Notes: generated by a model from the sequence alone, not told the origin. A stretch of DNA of 64,000 bases from Candidatus Latescibacterota bacterium (GCA_965219455.1 OZ244744.1:4000001-4064000), one strand, 5' to 3'. Positions 27,019 to 36,906 are shown, counted from the first letter of the stretch. A program made the numbers and translations.

Positions 27019-28296
27019 ATGAAAAGCGGCGTTGCTATGGCCGATATCACGCCAGAACCGGGCCCCGTTTTACAGGGACACTGGAGTACGAACCCATCGC
27101 ATTCCGTCCTGTACCCGCTGGAGGTGCGGGCGATCGTATTCGAAGAGGGCGACGTCAGGACGGCGATAGCTACCCTTGATGTAATCGGCGTGACGAAAGA
27201 AACAACCGATAGGATCCGGGCGCGGGTGACCGCGGCATGTGGTATCCCCGGTGATCACGTAATGGTGGCCTGCAGCCATACCCATTCCGCGCCGCCGACG
27301 CTACCGGCGCTGGGGATGGAACCGCCGGAAGGGTGGATGGAGAAGATCGAGACCGAAACCGCACAAAGCATCGCGCGGGCGGCCGCGGATTTAAGGCCGG
27401 TCCGGTTCGGGGTGGGCTGTGGTTCGGCGCATTTCAATATCTGCCGCAGGCCGCTGCCGGGCAAGGCCGGCATGATGCTGAATTTCGGCGGTATTGTGGA
27501 CCGGCGCGCGCGGGTACTTCGCGTGGAGGCTGAGGACGGAACGCCGCTGGCGGTTCTGTTTCACTATTCATGCCATACCACGACCAAGAGCGGGTCCGAC
27601 GGCTATATGTCGCCGGATTACGCGGGCATTGCCCGGAGGGTGATTGAAGAGGCCATTGGCTGTAAGGCGTTGTTTCTGGCGGGCTGCTTCGGCAATATCC
27701 GACCGGCCGTCGTGGACCCCGAAACAGGACGCTTCAAGTCGGCAAGCAAGGCCGAACTGGATGCCTGCGGCGAGGAGTTGGGCCGCGAGGTGGCGCGCGT
27801 CGCCGAAAGTCTGAAGACACGGCGATCCTCGCAGTTGGAAGCGCGGCGTGCCGATGTGCGTATTTCATTCGGCGCGCACGATCCGGTGGAGAAACTTCGT
27901 GCGATAGCGTCCGACGAGAGCGCAAGGGGCCGTCTGTTGATCGGGCCGTGGGCAAACCAGGTGTTGGAGATGATCGAGAGCGGTGGAATCCCGGAAAGCC
28001 GTGCGACAGAGATGCAGTTGATGGCGCTGGGGCCACTGACGTGCGTTACCATACCCGGGGAACCGGTCCAGGAGATCGGACACGCGATTGAGAAACGTCT
28101 GCGGGGGATGATTGACGCGGATGACGTGTGGCCTGTTGGATACGCGAACGACGAGATCGGATATCTATGTACCGATCGGCAGTACGAAGAGGGCGGGTAC
28201 GAGCCCAACGCATACCCCTATTACGGCGAACCCGCCAGGTTCCAGGGGGAGGAGCAAACCATAGTAGCGACAGCGGAGTCCCTGGCGCGGGGGTAG
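27019..28296 (+). CDS. Neutral/alkaline ceramidase-like amidohydrolase
   Basis: ADITP, CSHTHSAP, HYSCHT, SPDY.G, IPGEP, GYAN..GY, GGYE; RBS AGGAGG. Confidence 0.75.
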   Translation: MKSGVAMADITPEPGPVLQGHWSTNPSHSVLYPLEVRAIVFEEGDVRTAIATLDVIGVTKETTDRIRARVTAACGIPGDHVMVACSHTHSAPPTLPALGMEPPEGWMEKIETETAQSIARAAADLRPVRFGVGCGSAHFNICRRPLPGKAGMMLNFGGIVDRRARVLRVEAEDGTPLAVLFHYSCHTTTKSGSDGYMSPDYAGIARRVIEEAIGCKALFLAGCFGNIRPAVVDPETGRFKSASKAELDACGEELGREVARVAESLKTRRSSQLEARRADVRISFGAHDPVEKLRAIASDESARGRLLIGPWANQVLEMIESGGIPESRATEMQLMALGPLTCVTIPGEPVQEIGHAIEKRLRGMIDADDVWPVGYANDEIGYLCTDRQYEEGGYEPNAYPYYGEPARFQGEEQTIVATAESLARG

Positions 28297-28300
28297 GCAG

Positions 28301-29362
28301 GTGGGAAGGAAACGGGAAGAAAGTGATTTCCGTTCGGATTCGGCGGACAGGTCCGGGCGTACCGTCCGCGCGGCGATTTACGGTACCGGGTCATGGGCGA
28401 ACCAGACCCATATTCCAAACCTGAAGAAGCTTGGCGTCGACGTTGTGGCGGCTTGCGACGTGGATGCCGCGGCCCTGGGTCGCACGGCGGACCGATTCGA
28501 CATTCCGGCGGTCTATGCCAATGGGCACGAGATGGTCGAGAAAGAGTGGTTCGACGTGCTCTTTTCGGTGGTGCCCGCCTTTGCGCGCACGGACGTCGAG
28601 ATCAGAGCCGTGGAACGGGGCATACATCTATTCAGCGAAAAACCGCAGGCGCTTCGGATGGCCGTGGCGCTCGATATCGACCGGGCGGTTCGGAACGCCG
28701 GCGTGTTGAGTACGGTGTGCTTTCGAGAACGGTATCGACCGCTGTTCCAGGAGGCCAGGCGGTTGCTGAACGGGAAGCGGATCCTGCACGCGATTTTTCG
28801 ATCCGTGGGCGGTCCGCCGCGGCTCAGGTCGCGGATGGAGGGAACCTCCTGGTGGCACAAGATGGACATATCCGGCGGGCCCGCCCTGGATTGGGGCGTA
28901 CATGCCGTGGACTACACCCGGTTTATGACAGGATTGGACGTGGAAAAAGTCCAGGCGTTCTATTGTGAGCAGCCGGAGGTGTTCTGCGAACCTTTTTCCT
29001 CTTCTTTCCATTTCTTATTGAATAACGGCGCCACAATGACCATGACGTTTGTACGCGCGGACCCGTCGGGTACGCCGCAGCCGTGGTTCACGTTTTTTTT
29101 CGATGGGGGACGGCTTGAGATTTTCAATTACGAACGCATCGATTTGGACGGGGAGACGGTCTATCGATCAGGGGATTTCGATCCGTGGTTCGAGCAGGAC
29201 CGGATTTTTGTTGAGGCCGTGCGTTCGGGCGATCGTAGCGGAATTCTGAACGACTACCACGATGGTCTCTATTCTCTGGCGCCAATCCTGGCGGGATGGG
29301 ATTCGGCCCGGCAGGGCGGGCGATGTCTGGACGTCAGAACGTATTGCGAGCAGGGGGATTGA
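28301..29362 (+). CDS. Gfo/Idh/MocA-family oxidoreductase
   Basis: G.GSWA, SEKP, GG..LDWGVH.VD. Confidence 0.85.
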   Translation: MGRKREESDFRSDSADRSGRTVRAAIYGTGSWANQTHIPNLKKLGVDVVAACDVDAAALGRTADRFDIPAVYANGHEMVEKEWFDVLFSVVPAFARTDVEIRAVERGIHLFSEKPQALRMAVALDIDRAVRNAGVLSTVCFRERYRPLFQEARRLLNGKRILHAIFRSVGGPPRLRSRMEGTSWWHKMDISGGPALDWGVHAVDYTRFMTGLDVEKVQAFYCEQPEVFCEPFSSSFHFLLNNGATMTMTFVRADPSGTPQPWFTFFFDGGRLEIFNYERIDLDGETVYRSGDFDPWFEQDRIFVEAVRSGDRSGILNDYHDGLYSLAPILAGWDSARQGGRCLDVRTYCEQGD

Positions 29363-29364
29363 CG

Positions 29365-30198
29365 ATGGACACGAAAGGATATGCGAATCCGGATTTGTTG
29401 ATGACGCCCGGTCAGTTGCACGGTCGCATCCACGAAGCAACGATGTGCATCGTGGACGTCCGGCCCACGCACGAATACGTGGGGGGGCATATTCCGGGGG
29501 CTCTGCACCTGGATCTGTACGGAATCAGCCTGAACAACACCGGAAGGGAGGCGTTTGAAGCGTTTACGTGGACCCTGGCCTACTTGATGGGAAGCCGGGG
29601 AATAGGCTCCGATGTAACGGTGGTGTTTTACGAAAACGACTCCGGGATGCGGGCGGCGCGCGGCTTCTGGATCTGTGAATATCTGGGTCACCGCGACGTT
29701 CATGTTCTGGACGGCGGGCTTCAGGCCTGGACGGCGGCGGGATACGAGACCGCGGTTGAGGTCCCGATTCCCGAACAGACCACGTTCGATATCGCGCCGG
29801 TGGCGGAACGCAACATCGGTTTCGAGGAGATTCGGGATTCGCTGGGACGTGCGGATTTTGTGCCGCTGGATACGCGGAGCGAAGACGAGTATTACGGGCG
29901 GGTGGCGCGTTCGGCCCGGGGCGGGGCCATCCCCGATGCCGTGCATATCGAATATCTGAACAACCTGGATGAGTCGGGCGCTTTCAAACCGGCGGCGGAG
30001 TTGCGCGCATTGTACGAGAGGGCGGGTGTGACGCCGGAGCAGACGGTGGCATGTTACTGACAGGGCGGGTACCGTTCCTCCCATTCGTACCTGGCGTTGC
30101 GCCTGCTGGGCTATAGAAATGTGCGCAACTACATCGGGTCGTGGAAGGAATGGGGCGACCGGCTGGATCTGCCGGTGGAAGTTCCGGAGGCGCCGTAA
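29365..30198 (+). CDS. Tandem-rhodanese sulfurtransferase with in-frame TGA at the catalytic Cys (probable selenoprotein)
   Basis: GHIPGA, LDGG..AW and G.IP.A motifs. ACY-TGA(30058-30060)-QGGYRSS continues in frame through NYIGSWKEW to TAA 30198. Confidence 0.8.
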
Positions 30199-30267
30199 TC
30201 GGAGTGGGACGCGTATGCGAGGTGTCCGACAGAACACCGGGGTATGGCAATAGTGGAAGGGAGAACT

Positions 30268-30741
30268 TCAGATCCCTCCCATTTCACAGACGATTTCAAA
30301 TTCCCTTTGCTTGACGGGCTGGATGGAGAGGCGCTGTCCCCTCCGGACAACCAGCATCTCTTTCAGTTCAGGATTCGCTTTCAGGTCTTTGAGACGCACG
30401 TAGGTCTCGAAGGCCTTTTTCCATTTGACGTCTACGGAGAACCATCGGGGATCGTCCGGGGTGGATTTGGCATCGTAATAGTTGCTCCCGGGGTCGAAGG
30501 CAGTGGGGTCGGGATAGGCCGCACGCACAATTTCCGCCAGGCCGGCAATACCGGGTTCGTCGCAGTTCGACTGGTAGAAGAGGACGACGTCCCCCGTCCG
30601 CATGTCGTCGCGGATGAAATTTCGGGCCTGATAGTTGCGCACGCCGCGCCATTTTCCGGTACTATCGGGGCGGTTGTTCTTCAGGTCGTCGAAGCTGCAT
30701 TCGCTGAGTTCGCACTTCATCAGCCAGTATTTCTTCGGCAT
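30268..30741 (-). CDS. EVE domain-containing protein
   Basis: YWLMKCE, W.GVRNYQARNF, RLSIQPV. Confidence 0.9.
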   Translation of the reverse strand: MPKKYWLMKCELSECSFDDLKNNRPDSTGKWRGVRNYQARNFIRDDMRTGDVVLFYQSNCDEPGIAGLAEIVRAAYPDPTAFDPGSNYYDAKSTPDDPRWFSVDVKWKKAFETYVRLKDLKANPELKEMLVVRRGQRLSIQPVKQREFEIVCEMGGI

Positions 30742-30797
30742 GGCTTCTTCTCTTACCGTTGGGGCGTGGCGGGACCCGCACCCTTTTTTCATCCGTA

Positions 30798-31835
30798 TCA
30801 GGCGTCTTTCGCGATTTCCTCGAGCATTACCGGCCAGGCTTCCTCGGCGTAAAACCGGTGGCCTCCGTTGCCGACAACCAGGTGGCAGCGTTGGGATGCG
30901 CCCGCGACGGTGTAGATTTCCTTGAGATGGCGAAAGGCTTTCCGAACGCCGGCGACGGGAAATATACCGTCTTCTTTTCCGGCCACGATAACGACCGGTC
31001 TGGGAGCAAAGAGTCCCATTACGTCGGCCATTTCGGCGTACTTGAGCAATCCGGGTACATAGTTGTCCGCACAGTGATATATGGACATGATGGAGTCCCG
31101 GAACGTGCAGAAATAACAGGAGGGCATCGCGTACGAGATGCGCGGCAGTAAAGCCGAGGCAAAGAGGCTGACGGTCCCGCCGCCGGAGTTGCCCATAACG
31201 CCGATGCGCCCGGGATGGGCGTCGCCCCGGGAGAGCAGGTAGTCGATCCCTCTGTCTACGTCATAAACGCGCTCGCCCAGCAGGGTGCGACCGAGCATGA
31301 GCGCGTGCATTGTGGCGTCGTGACATCCATGGGAGGACGTTTTCTGCTGGACGCGCTCCCGCCGTTCGCCGAAAGAGCGCTGTTCGATGCAGAGTGCGCC
31401 AATACCACGCTTCATGCACCCGATGCCGAAGTCCCTGTCTCCGGGTACCTCAATGGGCGCGGCGTTATCGTCCCTGGCGACGGCGATGGAGTTGTGCATG
31501 CCCGTGGAGTGGCCCTGTACGCAGATGAAGAAGGTGTACGGGGGTTCCTGGCTCTTCGGCAGGCAAACATAGGCGGGAACGTCCGAGTACGGCTCGCTGG
31601 TGAATACGATCTTTTCGATGCCTCCCAGCGCGTGATCCCGTTTCCAGACGGTGCGTACGTTCAGGGAGACACGTTCTTCCGGCATGTCCCCGACAAGCTG
31701 GCGTACCTTGCGGCGGAGCTCCTGCTGCCAGGGTTTGAGGTCGTCGTCCCGGTACGTCATCGACGGTTCGAGTGTATCCATCATATGCCCGTGATGCACC
31801 GACGGAGAGAAACTGAAGTTGGTTTTTCTTGACAT
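30798..31835 (-). CDS. Alpha/beta hydrolase (acetylxylan esterase/dienelactone hydrolase-like)
   Basis: Nucleophile GNSGGG, D.IFP, GGHRF. Confidence 0.8.
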   Translation of the reverse strand: MSRKTNFSFSPSVHHGHMMDTLEPSMTYRDDDLKPWQQELRRKVRQLVGDMPEERVSLNVRTVWKRDHALGGIEKIVFTSEPYSDVPAYVCLPKSQEPPYTFFICVQGHSTGMHNSIAVARDDNAAPIEVPGDRDFGIGCMKRGIGALCIEQRSFGERRERVQQKTSSHGCHDATMHALMLGRTLLGERVYDVDRGIDYLLSRGDAHPGRIGVMGNSGGGTVSLFASALLPRISYAMPSCYFCTFRDSIMSIYHCADNYVPGLLKYAEMADVMGLFAPRPVVIVAGKEDGIFPVAGVRKAFRHLKEIYTVAGASQRCHLVVGNGGHRFYAEEAWPVMLEEIAKDA

Positions 31836-31906
31836 GGCCGTGCCTCGTATCGCCGAAATAGAGATGGCCGCAGGGTCGGGGCGCGCTCCGGTACGGCTTT
31901 GTTTTA

Positions 31907-33373
31907 TTAATCAACCTGCGCATTGGCGCGTTGTTTCCATTTTTCGTAGTTGGGAGACAGCGCCAGGGCGCCGTCCGGCTGCGGCACGAGTTTGCCGTTC
32001 CGGCCCCGGGGATCGCCGCGTTCCTCGTTGATCCGGGCCAGGCGTCTGCGCCAGATGTCTATGTGCGGTTGCCGGTCGGGGTCCGCCGAGAGGTCGTTGC
32101 ATTCGAGAGGGTCGGTCTCCAGGTCGAAGAATTGCTCGACGCCGGTATGGTGGAACCAGATGTACTTTTCGCGGCCGTCGGTAACGTATTGCATTCCGTG
32201 TTCTTTGTCGTAACAGGTGGTGTGTTCACCCTGTACGAACGCCCGCCAGCCGTCGGTCCTGCCCCGGGAGAGATTAAGCAGGCTGAGGCCGTCTACGGAT
32301 TCAGGGATGGGAACGCCCGCGGCGTCGAGAAAGGTGGGCATGATGTCTCGTAGCTCGACCGGCTGAGCCAGCGTCCGGTTGCGGGTAAAATCCCAGGTGT
32401 CCGGGTATTTGAGAATGAACGGGATTCGGGCGGAGCCCTCGTAGGCGTAGGTTTTTCGCCAGTGGTGGTGGTCGCCCATCATGTCGCCGTGGTCCGAGGT
32501 GAAGAGGACGAGGGTGTTGGCCAAGGCTTTCGGGTCGTGCTGGCGCAGTTCGTAGAGGACGCGTCCGATCTGATGGTCGATGAACGTGATGTTGCCGTAA
32601 TATGCCGCTCGCGCCCGGTGCGTCTCGGCGTCGGTTCGACGGGAGCGCGGAGCGTTCACTTCGGCGATTCGCCGGTCGTATCGGGCGGACCACGGGCCCA
32701 TTGCCGCTTTGGGAACGTCCGGATTGTCGACGTACATATCGTAATAGGTTTGCGGAGGATCATATGGAGAATGGGGGCGCGCGAACGAGAGCCAGAGGAA
32801 AAAGGGTCTGGTCGGATCGCGTTGCTGAAGAAACCTGACGCCCTCGGAAGCGGTCCAGTGCGTGGGATGCAGGTGTTCGGGCAGGTGGGACGGGCGGGCC
32901 ATCCAGGAGTTCCAATCGATACTGTGGTCGCGGTAGCCGTATTCGCCCTCTTTGTGTTTCTCAAAGAAAACGTGGTAATCACTGATGAATTTCCCCAAAC
33001 GTCGTCCGCTCTCGTCCAGGACCATATGGTGGAAGCCATAGAGTTTGCGTTGGGGGTGGAAGTGCATTTTGCCCACGGCCTGGGTGTGATAGCCCGCATT
33101 GGCGAGTTCGCCGGGCAACGTGGACGGGTACTCGAGCGGGTCGGCGCCGGTCATCGTGAGACGGCCATGGTTCCACTGATCCATGCCTGTGAGGATACCC
33201 GCACGGGCGGGGGTGCAGGAGGGGACGGAGGTGTAGGCGTGGTTGAAACGCACGCCGCCCTCGGCCAGTTCATCCAGGTAGGGGGTTTCGAGTACCGGGT
33301 GGCCGTCGCATCCGAGGCAGTCGCCGCGCTGCTGGTCGGTTGTGATCAGGAGAAGGTTCGGTCTTGGACGCAT
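31907..33373 (-). CDS. Arylsulfatase
   Basis: TTDQQR, CTPAR, GKMH, SDHGD motifs. Confidence 0.9.
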   Translation of the reverse strand: MRPRPNLLLITTDQQRGDCLGCDGHPVLETPYLDELAEGGVRFNHAYTSVPSCTPARAGILTGMDQWNHGRLTMTGADPLEYPSTLPGELANAGYHTQAVGKMHFHPQRKLYGFHHMVLDESGRRLGKFISDYHVFFEKHKEGEYGYRDHSIDWNSWMARPSHLPEHLHPTHWTASEGVRFLQQRDPTRPFFLWLSFARPHSPYDPPQTYYDMYVDNPDVPKAAMGPWSARYDRRIAEVNAPRSRRTDAETHRARAAYYGNITFIDHQIGRVLYELRQHDPKALANTLVLFTSDHGDMMGDHHHWRKTYAYEGSARIPFILKYPDTWDFTRNRTLAQPVELRDIMPTFLDAAGVPIPESVDGLSLLNLSRGRTDGWRAFVQGEHTTCYDKEHGMQYVTDGREKYIWFHHTGVEQFFDLETDPLECNDLSADPDRQPHIDIWRRRLARINEERGDPRGRNGKLVPQPDGALALSPNYEKWKQRANAQVD

Positions 33374-33400
33374 ATGGGATCGTTCCGGTTAACCGGTCGG

Positions 33401-34483
33401 CTACCCCCAGACTTCCTTAAGGAATCGGACCCAATTGCCGGAGAGGATGTTGCGAATGTCGGGTTCGGCGTAGCCGCGGCGCTGGAGGATGCCGACCATG
33501 TTCTGAAGATCGGCGATGGTGTTGAGGTCGCGCGGGGATTGTTCCTGTCCGAAACCGCCGTCCAGATCGGTGCCAATGCCGGCATGCCTTGCGTTGCCGG
33601 CGAGTTGGCAGACGTGATCGATATGGTTCGCAACGGTCTCGAGCGTGGCTTTTGTGCTCTGGGCCCAGCATGGGATGTCACGTTTCCAGTCGGGATCCAG
33701 CATCCAGGCATCGAATGCGGCGCCGATCACGCCGCCTCGTTCGACAATCGCCTCGATCATCCCGTCGGTGAGCTGGCGCTGGCCGGGCGTGAGGGCGCGG
33801 CAGTTGTGGTGAGAGGCGGCCACGGGGCCGTCGTAGACTTCCAGGATTTCCCAGAAGGCCTGGTCCGTGGTGTGGGTGAGGTCGACGATAATCCCTGCTT
33901 CCTTCAGGGCGTCGAGAAGGGGTTTGCCGCGTTCCAGCAGGCCGCCCTCGGTGCCCGTGCCGTGGCAGTAGGAACTGACGCCGTAGTGGGAAATACTGAC
34001 AATGCGGAGCCCCAGATCGTACCATTCGGGAACCTGGGAGGGGTCAAGGATCGGGTCGGCGCTTTCCATTGCCACCACCAGGCCGATGGGCGTGTCGGGG
34101 GCGGGGTTTTCCCAGGCGGCGACGGTTTCGTCCATGTCCCGCGAATTACGGATGAAACGAATTACGCCTTCGCGTTCCATCGCCTGATAATAGGCCAGGT
34201 GGCCCCGGCCCACGCCGTGGCACTGGTCCTGGCAGTACATGCCCGTCCGGGTCCAGCGGTCGTTGGGGTCGGTACGGGACATCATCGTTCCGAATATGAT
34301 GCCGACGTGTCCCCGGCGAAGTTCAGGAAAGGTTACGGTACAACTTCCGAAGCTGCGCATTACGGGTTCGGCGTCGTGGACGCGGACCGTCGCTGCCGGT
34401 TGCGTGAGGTCCCGGTTGACCTGTATGGCGCTGAACCCCAGGTCCAGGTGGCTGTCTGCGATAAGATACGGACGGTCTGACAT
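33401..34483 (-). CDS. Membrane dipeptidase (M19)
   Basis: DSHLD, ESADP, DLTH, SHHN, GTDLDGG. Confidence 0.88.
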   Translation of the reverse strand: MSDRPYLIADSHLDLGFSAIQVNRDLTQPAATVRVHDAEPVMRSFGSCTVTFPELRRGHVGIIFGTMMSRTDPNDRWTRTGMYCQDQCHGVGRGHLAYYQAMEREGVIRFIRNSRDMDETVAAWENPAPDTPIGLVVAMESADPILDPSQVPEWYDLGLRIVSISHYGVSSYCHGTGTEGGLLERGKPLLDALKEAGIIVDLTHTTDQAFWEILEVYDGPVAASHHNCRALTPGQRQLTDGMIEAIVERGGVIGAAFDAWMLDPDWKRDIPCWAQSTKATLETVANHIDHVCQLAGNARHAGIGTDLDGGFGQEQSPRDLNTIADLQNMVGILQRRGYAEPDIRNILSGNWVRFLKEVWG

Positions 34484-34548
34484 TCTCTGCCCTCAACGGA
34501 AAATGCCCATCTGTTCGGAGAGACAGGTGACTGCGAATTCAGATCGGA

Positions 34549-35682
34549 TCAGGTCCACGCGTTCTTGAAGAACCGGATGAGGTTGCCGTGACAGATGTCG
34601 TCGACGTCTTCGGAAGTGTATCCGTGTGCTTCCATGATGCCTGGGAATCGCTGGAGGTCGGCGATGGTGTTGTAGTCCGTGGGTGAGAGTTCCAGCCCGA
34701 ATCCGCCGTCGAGGTCCGTCCCGATCGCCACGTGGCGGCTGTTGCCCGTGAGTTGGCAGACGTGGTCGATGTGTTCGACAACGGCTTTCATGGGCCGCGT
34801 GGCAGTGGCGTAGTGGGTCAAAGGATCGTCCCAGTCCCAGGTGGGGCTGAGCATCTGTTCGGCAAAGACCATTCCGATGACGCCGTCGCGTTCCACAATG
34901 GCCTGGATCATTTCGTCGCTGAGGTGTCGCTGGCCGGGAATCAGCGCGCGGCAGTTGCAGTGGCTGGCGTGAACCGGGCCGTCCCAATAATCCAGGATCT
35001 GCCAGAAGGTGAGGTCCGACGCATGGGTAAGGTCGATTACCATGCCGACGTCTTTGAAGGCGTCCATCAAGGGGTATGCGGGCGGATAGAGTCCGCCGAC
35101 TGTGCCGGTGCCGTGGCCGTAGGTATTGGCGCCGAAGTGGGTGAGAGACACCGAGCGCAGGCCGGCGTCCCACCAGTCTCCCACCTGGTCGGGACCCAGG
35201 ATGGGGTCGGCGCTCTCGGCGGTCAGAATCAGGCCGATCGGGGTGGTGTCCGTCGGGTTCTGCCAGGATGAGACACATGTATCCAGGTCGACGGCGTTTT
35301 TGATGAACGTGATCTCGCCCCTGCGGGCGAGGGCGTTGTAATAGTGGAGGTGGCTCTGGCCCCTGGCATATGCTACCGATTGGGCCCGAACGGAGTTGTG
35401 GGAATCGATGGAAGGGGCCTGGACGCGGGCCATGACGGTAGAGAGCATGATGCCGACGTGGCCCTCGCGCATCTCCGGCAGGGTTACGGTCACCGTGTAG
35501 CGTTTGTCCTTAAGGCCGGCACGTCTTTCCAGAGAGTCTTTGTGGATCGAAAGGTCTGCCCGAACGACGTCTTCCCGCTCCCGCAGGACATGCACCGGCC
35601 GGGTGAGGTCGCGCCGGTAGAAGAGGGCGTTGAAGGCCATGTCCAGGTGGCCGTCTATGATGAGTACCGGTTTGTCGGGCAT
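34549..35682 (-). CDS. Membrane dipeptidase (M19), tandem paralog
   Basis: DGHLD, ESADP, DLTH, SHCN, GTDLDGG. Start at ATG 35682, because the longer ORF would overlap the tRNA. Confidence 0.88.
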   Translation of the reverse strand: MPDKPVLIIDGHLDMAFNALFYRRDLTRPVHVLREREDVVRADLSIHKDSLERRAGLKDKRYTVTVTLPEMREGHVGIMLSTVMARVQAPSIDSHNSVRAQSVAYARGQSHLHYYNALARRGEITFIKNAVDLDTCVSSWQNPTDTTPIGLILTAESADPILGPDQVGDWWDAGLRSVSLTHFGANTYGHGTGTVGGLYPPAYPLMDAFKDVGMVIDLTHASDLTFWQILDYWDGPVHASHCNCRALIPGQRHLSDEMIQAIVERDGVIGMVFAEQMLSPTWDWDDPLTHYATATRPMKAVVEHIDHVCQLTGNSRHVAIGTDLDGGFGLELSPTDYNTIADLQRFPGIMEAHGYTSEDVDDICHGNLIRFFKNAWT

Positions 35683-35981
35683 AAGGGAAGGAATTGTTGA
35701 AAATGGAATGCGAAACGGCTCGATGCTAACCGCACGCCAAATTACGTTGCCCGGTTGGCCCGGGCAAATGAAATCGATGGAGCCTGGAAACACACGACGC
35801 GATGGGTTTTGCGTCAGGGTATTCGATTGTGATGGAACGGTGATGCGTATGGATCCAAGGGGGATGTCGGAAGATTCGTACTTGATGACCGTGGCTTGTG
35901 TGGCTGTTTCACGTTTTTTCTTGATCGAAGCAGCTGTTTTGTTGATATTCCGAAATGAGGATTTATCCTGGCGTGATGCAT

Positions 35982-36058
35982 CGGGGAGTGGCTCAGTCCG
36001 GCAGAGCACCTGCTTTGGGAGCAGGGGGTCGCGGGTTCGAATCCCGCCTCCCCGACCA
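35982..36058 (+). tRNA. tRNA-Pro(UGG)
   Basis: CGGGGAG/CTCCCCG acceptor stem, anticodon arm CCTGC-TTTGGGA-GCAGG, GGTTCGAATCC T arm, encoded CCA. Confidence 0.96.
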
Positions 36059-36066
36059 CTAAAAAC

Positions 36067-36100
36067 AAAGGTTTACGTCAAATTGGCGTAAACCTTTTCT
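36067..36100 (+). terminator. Terminator hairpin after the tRNA
   Basis: AAAGGTTTACG...CGTAAACCTTT followed by TCT. Confidence 0.65.
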
Positions 36101-36373
36101 ACAATGAGTCGAACCACATTCTGACCTGACGCTACTTTGCTTTGCGCAGATGCAAGGAATTCGGTGGAAGTGAACGCGGTTGCCCGTTTGACGGTCCAGT
36201 CGCTCTCTCGTTGAGGTTAGGTCGCAGAAGCCGCGCCGACCGGCGTCGGCTAATGCGGCATGGGGGATTTTAATACCAGCAGCCACGATTGTGCAGTCAA
36301 TCAATAGCTCAATACAACCCATTGCGTGACGCTCGAAAATCGCGTCAATCGCCACAATTGCCACCCTTTTGGC

Positions 36374-36402
36374 TTGACATGATCGTCGATTAACACTAAA
36401 TT
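36374..36402 (+). promoter_or_regulatory. Sigma-70-type promoter of a candidate small RNA
   Basis: TTGACA-17-TAAATT with no plus-strand ORF downstream. Confidence 0.5.
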
Positions 36403-36407
36403 TTATC

Positions 36408-36480
36408 GAATCACTGAAAGCGCGAATGTGCCTAGGTGGTGAGAATCGCCCCCGGGTAAAACCGGGGGCGATTCCTATTT
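36408..36480 (+). ncRNA. Candidate DUF3800-associated small RNA
   Basis: Lies between the promoter and a perfect 13-bp hairpin (36443-36474); TCAC/GTGA stem enclosing GCGC-GAAT-GTGC; convergent with the DUF3800-like stop codon. Confidence 0.4.
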
Positions 36481-36700
36481 GGGATAGCACACAACGCCAA
36501 ATTTATCGGAGTAAGAAGCATGTGTATTGAGGATTGGGAACAGAGTATTCATCCATACTTCGATCCTGGCCGAGTTGACTGATTTGGGAAACCTGCTCGG
36601 GAAAGATAATTTCCCCAATTTGTGTAGCTGATAGTAATAGGTGACGGTGGCGATAAAGTCACCTGCCTGGATAAAGTACGATTGGTTTGAGCTCTTGGGT
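36475..36700 (-). pseudogene. C-terminal remnant of a DUF3800-like protein
   Basis: KSSNQSYFIQAGDFIA...YQ and final ASYSDKFGVVCYPK resemble DUF3800 C-termini (S..IQ.AD); no N-terminal part. Confidence 0.55.
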
Positions 36701-36748
36701 AGTCGATTCGTGAAGAATAAATATCTATAAATCAGTATGTTAAAATTA

Positions 36749-36776
36749 AACGCCCGGTATTTCAATACCGGGCGTT
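36749..36776. repeat. Perfect 12-bp inverted repeat
   Basis: AACGCCCGGTAT-TTCA-ATACCGGGCGTT. Confidence 0.7.
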
Positions 36777-36876
36777 CAGATATCAGTGTGACTCAATTTG
36801 ACCGCTCGACGCGGTGTCGGCCCCGTGAACAACCCGAAATGGCTACAGCGATGTCAATTCGCGGATGCCTGGTTCT

Positions 36877-36906
36877 TGTAGGGGCGACCGGCCGGTCGCC
36901 CCTACA
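36877..36906. repeat. GTAG-family REP palindrome
   Basis: Perfect 30-bp palindrome TGTAGGGGCGACCGGCCGGTCGCCCCTACA. Confidence 0.85.

Noticed and set aside
32462-34480. 672-aa plus-strand ORF (likewise 39473-41782, 54176-56173, 61649-62923 and 9001-10083)
   Set aside because: Antisense shadows of well-supported genes; no recognisable motifs.
35683-36009. N-terminal extension of the dipeptidase ORF
   Set aside because: Overlaps tRNA-Pro, and the paralog alignment starts at MPDKP (35682).
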